Under the pieces are notes generated by a model. That model ran no database searches and had not been told where the DNA came from. It worked only from the letters and a program-made list of their open reading frames with translations. This document shows, in pieces, positions 25,325-39,252 of a DNA stretch of 64,000 nt. Position numbers and translations under genes: made by a program. This DNA is from Chrysomallon squamiferum (taxonomy: Eukaryota; Animalia; Mollusca): contig CM022671.1 of the NCBI GenBank assembly GCA_012295275.1, positions 5,208,001 through 5,272,000 on the forward strand, read 5' to 3'. Every line of letters begins with the position of its first letter. Position 1 is the first letter of the stretch.

Positions 25325-28300
25325 TACAGCAGATATTATATGACGAAAGAATGTATGACATTTCAAAATATTAAATAAATAATTTCTGACAGAACTGGGG
25401 GGGGGGGAATAATAAAAAATGTAACAGATTCACAAAGCATACAAAAACTACGTTGATTTTAGCAAGAATGGTAATTTCGTTTTGGAAAACATTACAATCA
25501 AATTCATTTGGAAGTTAATAAATTTATTTCATGAAGATTATTAATTATGCAAATTTTATTTTCAATCATGACAAAGTCTACAATACCTGAGTTGTAAAAA
25601 AATCTCACTGGAAATGATGACTATTTAAGGTTGCCTTGGTAACATGCATTAAAATAATAATAATAATAATAAAAAGTAATGATGTTTTAAAAGAAGTGAC
25701 AAGAAATATTGAAGTTTTCTTGTTTATTTGTGATGGCAGTTTTATTTATAAACAAAGTTCAGGCAATTCAAGTCTAAAAATTGTATAAAATCTTTTGTAA
25801 AATATAAAGTTTTCTGAATATACCTGCATTCAGAAAGCATTTAAATCAGAAACAATTAAAAACATTGTTCAAAAATTTCTATGATTCATTATAGAAAATT
25901 ATCTTACTGAATTGTTAGAAAATAATTAAAATATCTGTAAACTACATCTGAAATCATGAAAATAGAACAAATATTTATGAAAAAAAATTCAATAAAAATA
26001 AAAACAATTATTTGTAAATTACAATTTGAAATGGTAAAAGATTTACCTCAGCTTTTACAAAATAACAGTAATACCTTTTGAAATCTTAAAGAGAACCGTA
26101 TAAGATTTGTCAAGATATTATCTTAAACTTACAAAATAACTAATATCTTTTGTAACTTTAAGGAGACTGACACATTGTAATATCTTTTTGTAACATTAAA
26201 GATACAAACAAGGCAACCTATTGTTGTTTTTCTCAGGTTAATGATGCTGTACACAAGTTATAGAGATACACAGGGATATTGGCACATATATTGCAGTTAT
26301 TACAATAAATACTGAAAAACTTTACAAAGCGATACATTAATATTTTACAATCAACGACGTCTACATATACAACAGTGACCTAATATTGATGATGATGAGT
26401 CACGGAAATGTTGATTTGATCCTTTAACATGGAACACCATCCACGATTACCATTCCTTGTCTGGCAAGAATTTACAAACTGTTGTCAACATGTTTTAACA
26501 TTTATTTCTGATTTTTACTTTAATTTCTGTTCAACAGATATTAAGTAACTGTCAGGGGATTAATGTACAGTGTATCTTAATGCTGGTATTTACTATGAAC
26601 GTGTTATAACCAGGTATTGGATTTATTTAAATTTTATTTTATTAAAGAATCACATCTTTTTATTTGTATTAAGAAATGAAGAGAACTTCCACTGATAGTG
26701 AAGAAGAGTCATCATTGGTTCACTTTAACTTTTATAAATGAATTACATCTTCATTTATTATAGAGTTTCGAGTGGTTTCCTTGATGTAAGAAAGGTAACC
26801 ATGTTGAAATATGGCATCCTGGCAACAGCCAGACAGACTCATCATCAGCTACATTGGGAACTAGTGACTACTGCCAGTCACCTACTAAAGCAATACACTA
26901 ATCATGATGATAATGAAAATATATACAGAAATGCACCCACTGAAATCAGAATTGAGCCATATAAATGGCTGCACTATTTACTAACAAAACTCAAAAATAT
27001 ACCTTCCTTACAATGAGCACACACACGCACATGTGAAAACGACTCTCGCACATAACTATACAAATGACCTATGACCTGGTATAATGATCCCAGACCCAGA
27101 TAAAAAAAAAAATATAAAAAAAATAATGAAAAATAAAAAAGAAAATTCTCTGCTCATGCATGCATATTAAGTAAAGCATCTTGTAAGAAAACTCAAGAAT
27201 AAAATTCATTAATCTTTATAAATTTAAACTGTGATCTAAAATCTTTATCCATAGCAATCTGTATCATGATTTACTTATAAATAAAAAAGAAAAAAAAAAG
27301 AAGCAAACTAAAATTGATAAATAAATGTCTAAAGACAAAAACTGTATCAAAGAATCTATGTAAAAAAAAAAAAAAGAATAATTATTCTTTTACAGAACAT
27401 CTGATTAAAAATAAACTGAATTTTGTTTATCAGAAAAAACAAACATGCAAGTAGACATCTACCCATGTCAATCAAATTTTAAAAAAAGCCATCTTCCATA
27501 CCTGTACAGAAATTCTGTCCACCAATCAACTTCAAACACTTATTTACAGATTCTAGTGTAATTACTGCAGTATACATTGTAAATAGTAGTAATAATAATA
27601 ATAATAATACAAATAGTCATACAAATAATAAAAACAGTAAAAGTATTAATAAAAATAAAAATGTAAACCAAAAAAAAAATTAAAAAATTACAATAGCCAA
27701 AACAAAGACTTTTTAAATTAATTAATCCAGCATCTTTATCACATTCTTTCTCAACCTCATTGCTTTTTTGTGCTGACTGGCAATTCTGTGACTTGCAGAT
27801 TGCTACAACAAGCTTCTCCCTAAGTAAATCCACAGTTTCAACTGGCCTCTGTATTACAAGCAGTTCTGGTTTATTCTAACACAACAAGACACTGTACTCT
27901 CTATGACACACACCATTTTCTTTTTTAATTCACGAGTTCTAACTATGGTGCAAACAATTTGCACGGCTATATCCATTTTTTTATGCTCCTTAATTTATGG
28001 TTGTTATTTACAAAATGCTGCATTTTCCATTTTTATTCAGTGTCATTTACAATGGTTTAAAAACTTTTAAAAAATGCTGCTGTTCTCACTCTGTGCATTT
28101 TAATTTACATTGCCATCTAACCATGATTTAAAAACTCAATTTACCAGACAATGTGTTTAATACTAAATGACATGATGTGAGTATATATAATCTCCGCAGA
28201 AGAGTATTTAAAAGGGAGATAATATGTATTTCAGAGGCATGGTATGGTGATGCAAATGAATTACGATGTGACTGACAGGAATAAATAAATGTAAAAATTC

Positions 28301-29053
28301 TGATCATTATGGAAGTGTTTCATCTACTGTATAAAAAAAAAAAAAAAAAATTTTATTAGATTTTTTTAAAAAACTATCTTTTGAAGCACTAAAAGATAAA
28401 TGAATAAAAAGTCTAAGTATGAAGACCATCATTTAATAATAATAATAATAATAGTAGTAGTAGTAGTAATAGTAGTAGTGATAATAGTAGTAGTCATAGT
28501 AATAGAACATTATATTAATCTTGTGTTCTAATGGTTCATTATGCGAGTATTTCTACACCCTCCTGAGAATGAAAATGGCAAATCACAATAAATAACCAAA
28601 TCTAAACTAAAAAAGCCACAGAAAAGTAGCAATTTGAAGGTTCCATTCCATTACTGATTATAAATAAGAATATTTAAGAATGGTCACTGAACATTAGCTG
28701 CTTGTTTCTACATTTAGCCCTTATTATTAATATTATTATTATTATTATTATTATTGACAAACATATATCAGAGCATTAAGGCATTACTGGCAGAAATAAC
28801 AAACCGTATCCATTTTTATACAACTTGCCATCAGAAAATATCCAAGGCAAGCTGGTCAGTTCTCTTTACAATAATATTTTGTACAGTTTTTTTTTAATAA
28901 TCGGAGAATACATACATCTTGCTGTATGTACACCTATAACACATAAAAAAAAAAAAAAAAAAAAAAAATGCATAGTTCATCCATTTTTTTTTTTTAACTT
29001 TTCATTTTTTTTTTTTTTTCATTCCATAATGAGCTAATTAATGCACGTAGATT

Positions 29054-31339
29054 TTAAGGAGGTATTGAAGGAGGCTGGCTGCGATAGGCTGGCTGAACGT
29101 GGGGCCGAGGCTGTCTGTTGGCTCCTGACGATGTCACTGGTGGTGGTGGTTGGTACAGAGGTGAAGTGACACTGGTTTCATCCAACTCGGCTTCCGTAGC
29201 TTCCAGTACTGGCATGTTTTCCGTGTGTCCTAGGGGAGGGGTTGATCCCTCCCGGCTGTACTCGGGTGGAGGACAGGGGGGTTCCCCTTCCAACAACAGA
29301 GGCTTGGCAGAAGAATCCGGTTTCTCTTCTAGTTCATCTTGGAAGATGACAGGCACTCCCTTCTTTATGAATGTGTTCTGATCTTCAAGAGTCATCTTTC
29401 CTTTGCGCTTCTTTCTGTACAGAATGCAGGCAACGAGCAGAGCAAGAAGCAAGATGGCTACAATGACAACAGCAGGGACAACAGTAGTGATCCAGATGTC
29501 ATCTTCACTTGTTGCTGATCCTTTAGCCACAAGTTCTGTGGTCATTTCAGCTTCTGGTTCTGGTGTAGTTTCTGGTTCCGGCTTCGATGGTGGTTCACCT
29601 GTCACTTCTGGTAAACTCTCCACTTTGGGGAAGTCTGGATTGTTCTTACATGCTCCCTTTGGAACTGCTCCTGCCCGTGTCAGTTTGAACGGTTTCATGG
29701 CTTGAATAGCTTCATCAGTCAATGTGCCATCATCCTTCACCAGTCGACCAACCATCTTCTTAATGTCTTCAACAGGACAGTTTGAGGGAGAGGCCAGAGT
29801 GTTGTTTGTCCAGGAAACAACTGTAGATCCTTTCCTGATTCCAGTCATTGTCAGTTTCCTGGCATTCTTGTCGCCATACAGTCGACCCACTTTGTTCATG
29901 AAGCTGATTCTGTCGTGCACATTGGACTGAAATTCATTGTAATCATAGTCAACTGTCATACTCAGCTCATGGTTGATGTTTCCTTTCAAGGCGTTGGGGT
30001 CTGGTTTGATGACGATGTGGAAGCGATCTGATGCTGGACGATCTCCCTCCCGAGCATTGAGAGCAATCAGAGTGAACATGTGTTTTCCTATGTCATTCAC
30101 AGTGGGCAGTCCCAGGAATGCCTGCTTCTTGCGGTCAAACTGGAGCCAGAAACTCTTTTCTATCACATCAGTTTTGTTAGCAAACAGTGACAAGCGCAGC
30201 TTCCTTGTGTTGCCAACTCTGCAGTCGTAGAAAGTGTGCTCTGGAATCTTGAACCTGATCACATCACCAACAATGAACTCAAGGTTTTGTATTGGATGTT
30301 TCAGGTTTGGTTTCAAATCCCTGCAATCTTTGTCTATTGGGCCAAGTTTTGGTTCCTCTGTTGGTCTTGATGTTGGCTCTGTAGGCTCCAGTGTGGCTTT
30401 TGTTGGCTTCGTCCTGTCTGTCATTTCATATGTTTTGGTGGGCAGTGGCTCTGTCTTTGTAGCTGCTCCACCCTCAGGGAACGCTCTTGATGGATGAATC
30501 TTTCCCATATCGGGTTTCTCTTTCTTACCTCCTGGCAGTTCAGGTTCATCAGTTTTCTCCATCTTTGTCTGGACGTGAGTGGGATGAATGGAGAATGTTG
30601 GAGACTCAAGAGTAGCCACTGGCCGAGTCATGTCCTCCGTCTCTTTTGGACCCTTTGTTGGTGGGGTCAAGGTCATGGAAGGTGTTGGGGTCGGTCGGAC
30701 TGCTCTTCTCTTCACACGTTTTGCTTCCTGGAATCGACTGTTGGTCACCTGCCAGATGTACACTGGGAATTCCACAGCTACTGCTAATTCTCCATTGGAG
30801 GAATCTGTCTCCACCTGCTGCAGTACCTGCATGTGGTCTGGCTCTACTTTGCCACAACCGACCAGCCATGACACAAATGTGCCTGGAGTTTTTAGTTCCT
30901 TCACATCACCGATGCCCGATACCAGAGCTGAACTGTCGTGAATAGACTTTCCACCAACAGGCACCATTTTCACCATATCTTCTGTTAGATCAAGATGTGA
31001 TATGAACTTTGATAGAAGGTCCAGACGCTGCTTGGCAGTCAGGTCATTAAGGTTGGCATCTATGACGATGGACACAGCTGTTTCTGGTTCTGATCTTTTA
31101 CATCTGACAGGCTTTGGACCTCGACTCTTGAACCTCAGGGGATTGCCTGAAGCAGTGCCAGCATTATCAACAACAAAAATTGAAAATGTGTCTTGTGCTC
31201 GGCTGCCATCATCGCCTACTGCAACAACTTCTATGTAGTGCTGTCCAAGGTCTGATGTTGAAGGGATGCCTTGCAGGAGTTGCTTCCCTTTGTGGTAGAC
31301 TAACCATTTTGGAAGAGTGGCTTTCCCAGCTTCAGTAAT
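29054..31339 (-). CDS. DAG1: Dystroglycan, large second coding exon
   Basis: Acceptor ttttacag, exon begins ITEAGKATLPKWL, in frame with ORF 29054-31075. Contains Ig-like and S6-like N-terminal domains, furin site RVKRR then PTPTP, a mucin region and a second Ig domain. Then the cleavage motif KG|STVVSWTNNTL, a TM helix, RKKRKGK, PVIFQDELE and PPPEY. Confidence 0.96.
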   Translation of the reverse strand: MTEAGKATLPKWLVYHKGKQLLQGIPSTSDLGQHYIEVVAVGDDGSRAQDTFSIFVVDNAGTASGNPLRFKSRGPKPVRCKRSEPETAVSIVIDANLNDLTAKQRLDLLSKFISHLDLTEDMVKMVPVGGKSIHDSSALVSGIGDVKELKTPGTFVSWLVGCGKVEPDHMQVLQQVETDSSNGELAVAVEFPVYIWQVTNSRFQEAKRVKRRAVRPTPTPSMTLTPPTKGPKETEDMTRPVATLESPTFSIHPTHVQTKMEKTDEPELPGGKKEKPDMGKIHPSRAFPEGGAATKTEPLPTKTYEMTDRTKPTKATLEPTEPTSRPTEEPKLGPIDKDCRDLKPNLKHPIQNLEFIVGDVIRFKIPEHTFYDCRVGNTRKLRLSLFANKTDVIEKSFWLQFDRKKQAFLGLPTVNDIGKHMFTLIALNAREGDRPASDRFHIVIKPDPNALKGNINHELSMTVDYDYNEFQSNVHDRISFMNKVGRLYGDKNARKLTMTGIRKGSTVVSWTNNTLASPSNCPVEDIKKMVGRLVKDDGTLTDEAIQAMKPFKLTRAGAVPKGACKNNPDFPKVESLPEVTGEPPSKPEPETTPEPEAEMTTELVAKGSATSEDDIWITTVVPAVVIVAILLLALLVACILYRKKRKGKMTLEDQNTFIKKGVPVIFQDELEEKPDSSAKPLLLEGEPPCPPPEYSREGSTPPLGHTENMPVLEATEAELDETSVTSPLYQPPPPVTSSGANRQPRPHVQPAYRSQPPSIPP

Positions 31340-31743
31340 CTGTAAAACAGATTGAAATGGTTTAGTGTCAAGTTTTATGTAATTAAAAAATGAATATTGA
31401 TTTTAAATATCTGATATTACAAATGCAAATTGTAAAATAAAGAATACTTAGTACTAAATATTTTAAAATTTAAAAAATTTAATTTCTGCAATAAAAAGTG
31501 AAATAACATTTAAAAAATTAAAATTACCAAAGTCCACCCAAAAGAAAAAAACAAACAAACACCAAACAACAAACAAAAACATACAAATAACATTAAAAAT
31601 ACCTTGGCCTAATTACTTATCTAAACAACATATTACTAATATATTTAATCTTCAAAAACCCTCAACCAGCTTTAGAACAGAACTAAAGATTTATTGATAT
31701 ATCTTGGTGGATATCCAGTAAAATGATTGTTGGATAAATATGT

Positions 31744-31960
31744 TAGAGATGAATCTTGCTGATAACATGTCATAATACATTCATTTTATTAGCAGCAAGT
31801 AATATTTTATATGAAACTCTCACAGACAGGAAAATACAAATTGTAACAGGATAACTGTCATACTGAGAAGTGATCTAAGTTTAGACAAAGAAACTACAGG
31901 CCTATCCTCATCTAAAAACAAGATCCAACTTTAGACATGAGCTCTATCTCTAAACCTCAA
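31744..31960 (-). mobile_element. Degenerate SINE copy in the dystroglycan intron, same family as 14615-14880
   Basis: TTAGCAGCAAGTAATATTTTATATGAAACTCTCACAGACAGGA is an approximate reverse complement of the SINE core, with CpGs lost. Confidence 0.45.
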
Positions 31961-34881
31961 CCTATCCTCTATCTATACATAGTGAAAGGTTCCACCAATC
32001 AGAGTTTACACTTGAAACACAAATTTAGCTTTCAGGACAACTTACAAACACCAAGTTAAGAGACAGAACCAAAATCTGCTACACGAGTCAACGAAAATGG
32101 ATACGCCTAGGCTATCATAAATAAATGGACTCGAAATTCTTCTTTCTTTGTACAAGAGATACAAATCTTCCGACAGCTGGTTCAAAATGCTAATTCCACA
32201 CTTTGCTTATTGCTTCCTGCAGCTAGGACATAACACGAGGCTGGAGAAAATGTTGTTATATGCACACAGCATAGTTTGTAGAATAATTCTGTGATCTGTA
32301 ATGGATTTCACATGCCATGGGTTTTGAGTGTTGAAATGTATTTTTAAAATTATCTTCAGTGGAGGAATCTGACAGCAGCAATTAACCTACATGTGTTCAA
32401 GTACTATGTGGATAATAGAACACTTTCCAGAGGTGTTTTTGTGTTTGTGGGATTTTTTGTGTGTATGTGTGTGTGTATTTGTGTTCATACATAGGAAGAT
32501 GTGTGCATATCTTAGGTTTGAATGTATCCAGTTGCCTGTCTGTTTTCATTTCTCTGTGTATCACTCTAGACAAAAAGGTGTATCAGAGCTTTTAACATAG
32601 TTTACAAGTTAGCAGTGTTAGTACTAAAAAAAAAAAAAAAAACGAGAAAACAAAAGAGAAAAGAATCAAGGACTCCACAAATCTTTACTAAATGGGTAAT
32701 ACAAAGGTTGCAGTTATGTGTGTCTGATAATGTCTTTGTCTGACTTGCAGTGTGCTATCACAATGATAATACACCCATATAATAACAACCCATTTTGTAC
32801 AACAGCGATGATACACCCATACAATAAAACAGATTTCAATAATCTTTTCTGCTTTTTATAAAATTATTTTTGAACATCTTAGACCAACCATTTAACCAAG
32901 TGCTGAGATATTTACATTAAATGCTCATTAATCATTGCCAACAGAGAAAAAAGTTTATGTTTTCTGCCAAAATCTCAGCTCGGAGTTGTTTCTTTAAATA
33001 ATTGCTGATTGAAATTATCAAAGCCATGACCATTTCTTATCAAAGTCTGAGAGACAAAAATGAGCTACGGCCTCCAATCTGTCAACATATGACCTGGGGC
33101 TGATATTTTTGTTTGATTTGCATGACAGCACCCTCCTCTCACCTCCCTTTGATAGTCTGGGACTGTTAAAAGTAAGCAGATAAAGATTGCTTGAAGATAG
33201 ATACGTTTTTGCAGGTTTTGAAACAATTAAATGAATAAGAAAAGATGATGGAACAAGGAATTCAATAAAATTACAATTGTGGGTTTTGTACTGCATTTTT
33301 AATACTGTCTCAGTGCAAGTGTACTTTAAAAGCAGAGTTCAGACAGGAAGTATGGGTTATTAAAATGCTGGTTATAAATGAAGGTGTTAAAATGCAGTGC
33401 AACCATAAATAAACTTGCTTTACATTGTAATTATAAAAACTACCTGTACGGATACAAGTAAAATTTCAATAAATCAAACATTCAAAACATAATTACTTTT
33501 ACCCCAGGTGCAAGTCACAAACCAGTTAATACATCAGAGAATAAATTAGAGAGAAGAGAGAATTAGTGATCTTATATTTTTTTTTCTCCCTGGATCTAAC
33601 TGTCTGAAAATTTAATGGCAAAGGCTTATTTATTTGTAACTACTTGTAAATATTTACAGAAAGTGTATTTATTTATATTACCTGTAATCTTGTACACAGG
33701 TAGATGTTTATTTATGTTGTTTGTAAATTGTAAACAAGCAGATGTTCATTTACATTATTTGTAGATGTTTATTTGTAACTGTCTTTATATATACAGTAGG
33801 GCAATTTATTTATTTACCTTTTCTGAAAACAAGCTGTAAGATATTTATTTGTTAAAATTACCTTTATACAGGTATATCTGTATAACTTATAACCTCTGGA
33901 ACATATATGTATTTCTTTACTAAGTAATCTACCTTTCTGTATGTGAGTGTGTGCATGCATGCAAGCATGTTTAAATGTATGTAGAAGTAATGAAGATAAA
34001 TATATCTAATTATATATTTATAAAGCTGTTACAAATAAAGAAACAGCTAGTTAAAAATAATATACATATATGTAAATGTTCACAGATGAAATATTTACCT
34101 GTATACATTTACATCTATTTGTTTACTTATTTATAATTGCCTATGGATGGATATATGCAAAGCTTATACAGATACAGAGGAAACTGTACTGATTAATATA
34201 AATAATTCATGTATTTGTGTTATGAGGTGTCCCTGCTGGCTGTAACAGTACATTGTTGTTGTTTTTGTATAAAATAGTGAACTCAATACAATAAACACTG
34301 TATGTATCATATTACAAGCAGATAAGGAAAGCAGTGTTTTTTTTATTAACAGTGTCAGCCATATTGTAAGATTTATCTTGTTGTGTAATGTAATAATAAT
34401 TCTCAGTAAATAAATTACAAAAAAGATGAAAGTATAAAATAATTATTTTGATGTTTTGTGCATGTTGTGTGTGTTGTGTGTGTGTGTGTGTGTGTGTGTG
34501 TGATATATATATCAAATTTGGATATGTATATGGATAGATATACAGATGTCTAAAGCTTCTGTAAAAGTACAAGGATATGTTTATATATATATATTTATAT
34601 AACCTGCATGTAAAACAGCAAAGTGCTTGTTTTCTCAAAAAAAAATCAATACATATGTAATATGCATTTTTATATCAATACTGCGCATTGCACATCTCAT
34701 GCTGACTGTATCTAAAGAGCAAAGTTATTTTATTTCAATACAGAATCCTGCTGATTGTAATGTGGTTCATGTGAATGTGGGAATCGGCTACACCAAAATG
34801 TCAAACTATCAATTTGTTTTAGCATGTCAGGAAAAGTCATCAAGGGAAATATACAGTGGAGATAAATATGTAAGTGCAAAC

Positions 34882-34990
<109 letters not shown>

Positions 34991-35081
34991 ACTGAAAGAA
35001 AGAGAGAGAGAAAAAAGAGAAAGTGAGAAAAAAAAAAGAGAGAGATATTTGGAAAGATAGTATGAAAAAAATGTGTGAGAA

Positions 35082-35115
<34 letters not shown>

Positions 35116-36285
35116 CACAAAAACTAGGCTTCCTTAGTACAAGTTCAAGCTGTTTAAGGTATAAATAGGTCATTTAAAAATAAACATCAAAGCTGACCCA
35201 TTTTAAGATTACTTTCACTTATGACGACCTTCTTTGTACTTTACCTACAAAAAGATAACTTTTACTATACACTCTGTGAAAAGTACAAATAAACTTGATC
35301 AAACATGACATGAAAAATATTAGTATTTCCATTTATAGTCAATATGCTTCTTCCATTCCAACCATTTGCATGAGAATGTGTAAATGTAATATGATATGAG
35401 TAAAGTAAGCCTAGTGTGGAAACTGTCTGTTTCCTCTTTCATTATCAATAAAAAACAAAATTTAACAATTTAAAAAAAAAAAGAAAATCCATAAATAATA
35501 AAAAATAAAAAAATCACTAGATTGAAATTAGAATTCAGAAACAGATTTTGCTTTCTTTTAATAAATAGTAATTGTTTTATTGTTATTACTGTATTTGAAA
35601 TACTCATAAATGAGACCATTTCCAAGCCATTTAAATCTAAAAACAAATAAAAATAATTTTAAAAAAATGTCTTTACTACACATTTCACACATCATAAACA
35701 GCTTAATTTACATTTTATAACCATGAAACACACCAAATACATATTACCCTATCTGCACTGCTTATCATAACCAAACTCATTTTTTTTTTTTCTTTTTTTA
35801 AATTTCCAGAACACACATTAATGTAAAAAACTGAAAAAAAAAGAGAAAATTAAAAAAATCTTTTGGAACCCATCTGTATGTAAATGCAGACCTGTTGAAG
35901 TCAAATAACAGTCTATCATGACAGTCAAGGTCATTCTGCTTGTTATACTAATTGCGTTTTATAAATTCGGCTAGTTATAATGGCTGTTTTTATCCATTTC
36001 AATTTGTCAGTGCCAATATTGAAGGATGAAAAACATGAGGAAAAAAAAAAAAGATAAGTAAAAAAAAAAAAAAATGACAGATTTGATGTATAAAAACAAG
36101 TTGATTTGTTTATGATGGCTGCTTCCTAATGAGGCTGTAATGCTGAAAGACGTGAAGTTCAAAATAATAATAAACTTGTACTCTGACAGAAAACACACGT
36201 TAACAATTATATGAAAATCTGGAAAATTAGGATGAAAAACATCTCAAACAGTGAATTTAATAATGATAATACAAAAAAAAAAAAA

Positions 36286-36318
<33 letters not shown>

Positions 36319-38922
36319 AAAAAAAAACTAAAAAAAAAAAAAATAAAAAAAAAAATAAATAAAAAGAAAATACATAAAATAGAAAAAAAAGTAATAAATC
36401 TAATTGCAAATACCTAGGAAATTTGATGCATTTAAATTTAACTCGTTTGATGGAAAAACTGGATAATATATTAAAATCTTCCAAATAATAGATGTTTTAA
36501 AGTAATTACCTTTAGGACGTTTGGTATACATGTAGATATACATTTATTTTGTTAAAGCTGATAGTAGCAAATGAAATTAGATGGCAGCCATTAATGTATA
36601 AATGGACTCACTGTGAATAATGTTCATGTCACTTCTACATCAAGAATGTTCTCAAAAACAGCTAACTTTACTTACTCTAATACTTACAAACATTATTTAG
36701 AATTTATTTACAGATTAATAGAATTATGGAAGAATTTGTAAATAAAACAATAACATTACTGTCAAAAAGTTTCAAGTAACTCCTTCTCAGTTCATGTTAA
36801 AAATATCTGAATATTTAAATATATATTTGAAACTATAAAAATTATAAAGTGCAGTCTATTAAATCACAATATTAGTCTAATTATTGCCAAATGGCTGGTT
36901 TCACATTTGTCAAGAAATAAAACAGTAATAAACTTTTTACCAGACATTGTAAGAATGTCAAAATTACCATAAATCTTAAGTCAAACAGAGATTATTAACT
37001 CTTTTATTACTGAGTTATTTCTTTCAATAAATTCCTGATACGTGCCACAGACTTTTAGCACCATAAAGAAAAAAGAAAAAGAAAGAGAAAAAAATGTTAG
37101 AAAAACTATTTGCTTTCAGACATACCACCCAGAGAAGAAAGCATGTGGTGTACAGGAAAGGCTCATTTAGCCAGCAATACTGCCTTAAGAAGGAACTGAA
37201 AAGTGTTAATATAAACAGCAAAGTCTACCACAATTCTCTCAGGGCGTTACATAACTTCAACTTCAGACTAAACAAATCCCATAAAATTATTGTTGTCTGT
37301 TGATCTTTGGAACAATATTATATACTGTTACAATCCACCAGATTTGAAAGATATTTATTATTATATTTCATTGTTTTTTTTTTAATTTTTTTAAATATTT
37401 TATTATCATCATTAAGAAAATTTATTTATTTATTTATTTATTTATTTTGGAATGAGGAAAATCATTTCTGTCTTACCATTTTATTTTATTTTTTAATCCT
37501 ATGAAAGCTAATTCATCATTTTAATCTGATAGTAAGTGTTTTAAATATCTACCCTGAAGAATACCATTTCACTGAACACATGAAATACACTTCTAAAAAT
37601 AATATGATTACTTCCAAGAGAAAATATGTAAAATAATATCAGGGTTGATGGTTTGGTCATGTTTTTAAATTTGAAAATATCTATTTTATCATTTTAATGT
37701 GATAAAACATATTTAAACTTCTATTCTAAAAATGTGATGAAATGTTTTCAAGAGAAAATGAAAAAAGTAACGATTGAAAAAAGCTTGACAATTCGGTCAA
37801 GTATTTTTAATCTGAAAATTTCTATTTTATCATTTTCATGTGATAAGACATACTTATTTATTTTTTTGTTCTAAAAATACCAGGAATGTTCACAAGAGAG
37901 AGTGCATAAAGGTGGTGACAGGGGGCGGCATGGTTGTTTGGGTGGAAACTCATCAGTGAAAGTTTTTCCAGGTGTCTGAAGCATTCTTCCATACATCACC
38001 TCATTCCAAGCATCAAATTACATTTTCAAGCCGAGTACCAATCTATAAATAGCCTGCCAAGTGTATTCATATAGCTAACTTGGAAAGCCATGCTAGCAGT
38101 TTAATTCCTATCTAATCTAAGCCAAAAGACTTCATGTGCCAAAAAAACAAATCATGGTAGATTAAATTTTTTCACTAACTAGTCATATTGAAGTTAATGT
38201 GTCACTTAAGTATTAAAAATTAAAAAAAGTAGAAAAAAAAGGTAAAAAAAAAAAGAAAATAGCCAAAAACATACAATGAAATGTTAAATATCATTAGATC
38301 TTCTGGATTACACTGCATAAAGTACATATCCCACTTACTAAACAAACAAAACAAAATAAATAAATAAATAAATATAAATACTTTGAAAAACCTGTTACTT
38401 AATTGTCACTATTTTTTTTGGATGCATTTCAAGGACATATTACTCAGTTAATTAAACATTTGTCCTCATTAATCATGTACAAACATATCATGTCAGATTT
38501 GCAGGTTAATTACAAAAAACCCAGATTAGTCAAACCATTTATCAATGAAAACAATAGGTTTGTATTTAATTAACTTAAGGTGAACAAAAAAAAAAAAAAG
38601 AATAGAAAAGAAAAAAGAAGAAAATATATGTGTGTGTGTGTGTGTGTGTGTTTGATTATTACAATTAATATACCAATAATAATAATAATAATAAAAAAAA
38701 AAATCTGCAAAAGCAAATGTAAAATAAAAAAAACATATATAAAAAAAAAAAAATCAAAATTTGGGGGCAAAACAAAGCTAAATATAAATTGTCTATCAAT
38801 AAAGGAATACATTTATATTTAGTAACAATTCTGAAGATTTTAGATCTAGAAGTATATAATACTTATTATAACGAAAATAATTAACTTTAACTGAACAGTG
38901 CACAAAATATAAAATTACTTAC

Positions 38923-39252
38923 CATATATCGTAAAGATTTTCCTTTGAAAGCGTCAGACGGGATAGAATAATTGAAAAATCTTCCTGCATAGGCTGTGGT
39001 ATCAGCGATGCCCCACATCAATCCCACGCTGGGCTTAGAATCCACCTTTTCATTCACTTTAGCACCCGCTACCTCAGTGGGCTGGAAAAACTTGTCCAAA
39101 TCATTCGACTCCACAATATTCAAGCACTGGCCAACGTTTGCCAGCGACAGAATTACAACAGCTACAACAACCACAGCGTAGCAGTAGTTCACTTTGGAAC
39201 GACGTCCACCACAGCTGCACATGCCGAAAACACGACTCACGGTATTCTCCAT
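38923..39252 (-). CDS. DAG1: Dystroglycan, first coding exon: signal peptide and start of Ig-like domain
   Basis: 110 codons, MENTVS...AVVVVAVVILSLANVGQC...WGIADTTAYAGRFFNYSIPSDAFKGKSLRYM. Phase-0 donor GTAAGT at 38922. A probable acceptor ctctttgcag puts the exon start at 39448. Joined protein is 871 aa. Confidence 0.92.

Noticed and set aside
29118-31238. Series of plus-strand ORFs
   Set aside because: Antisense shadows of the dystroglycan exon
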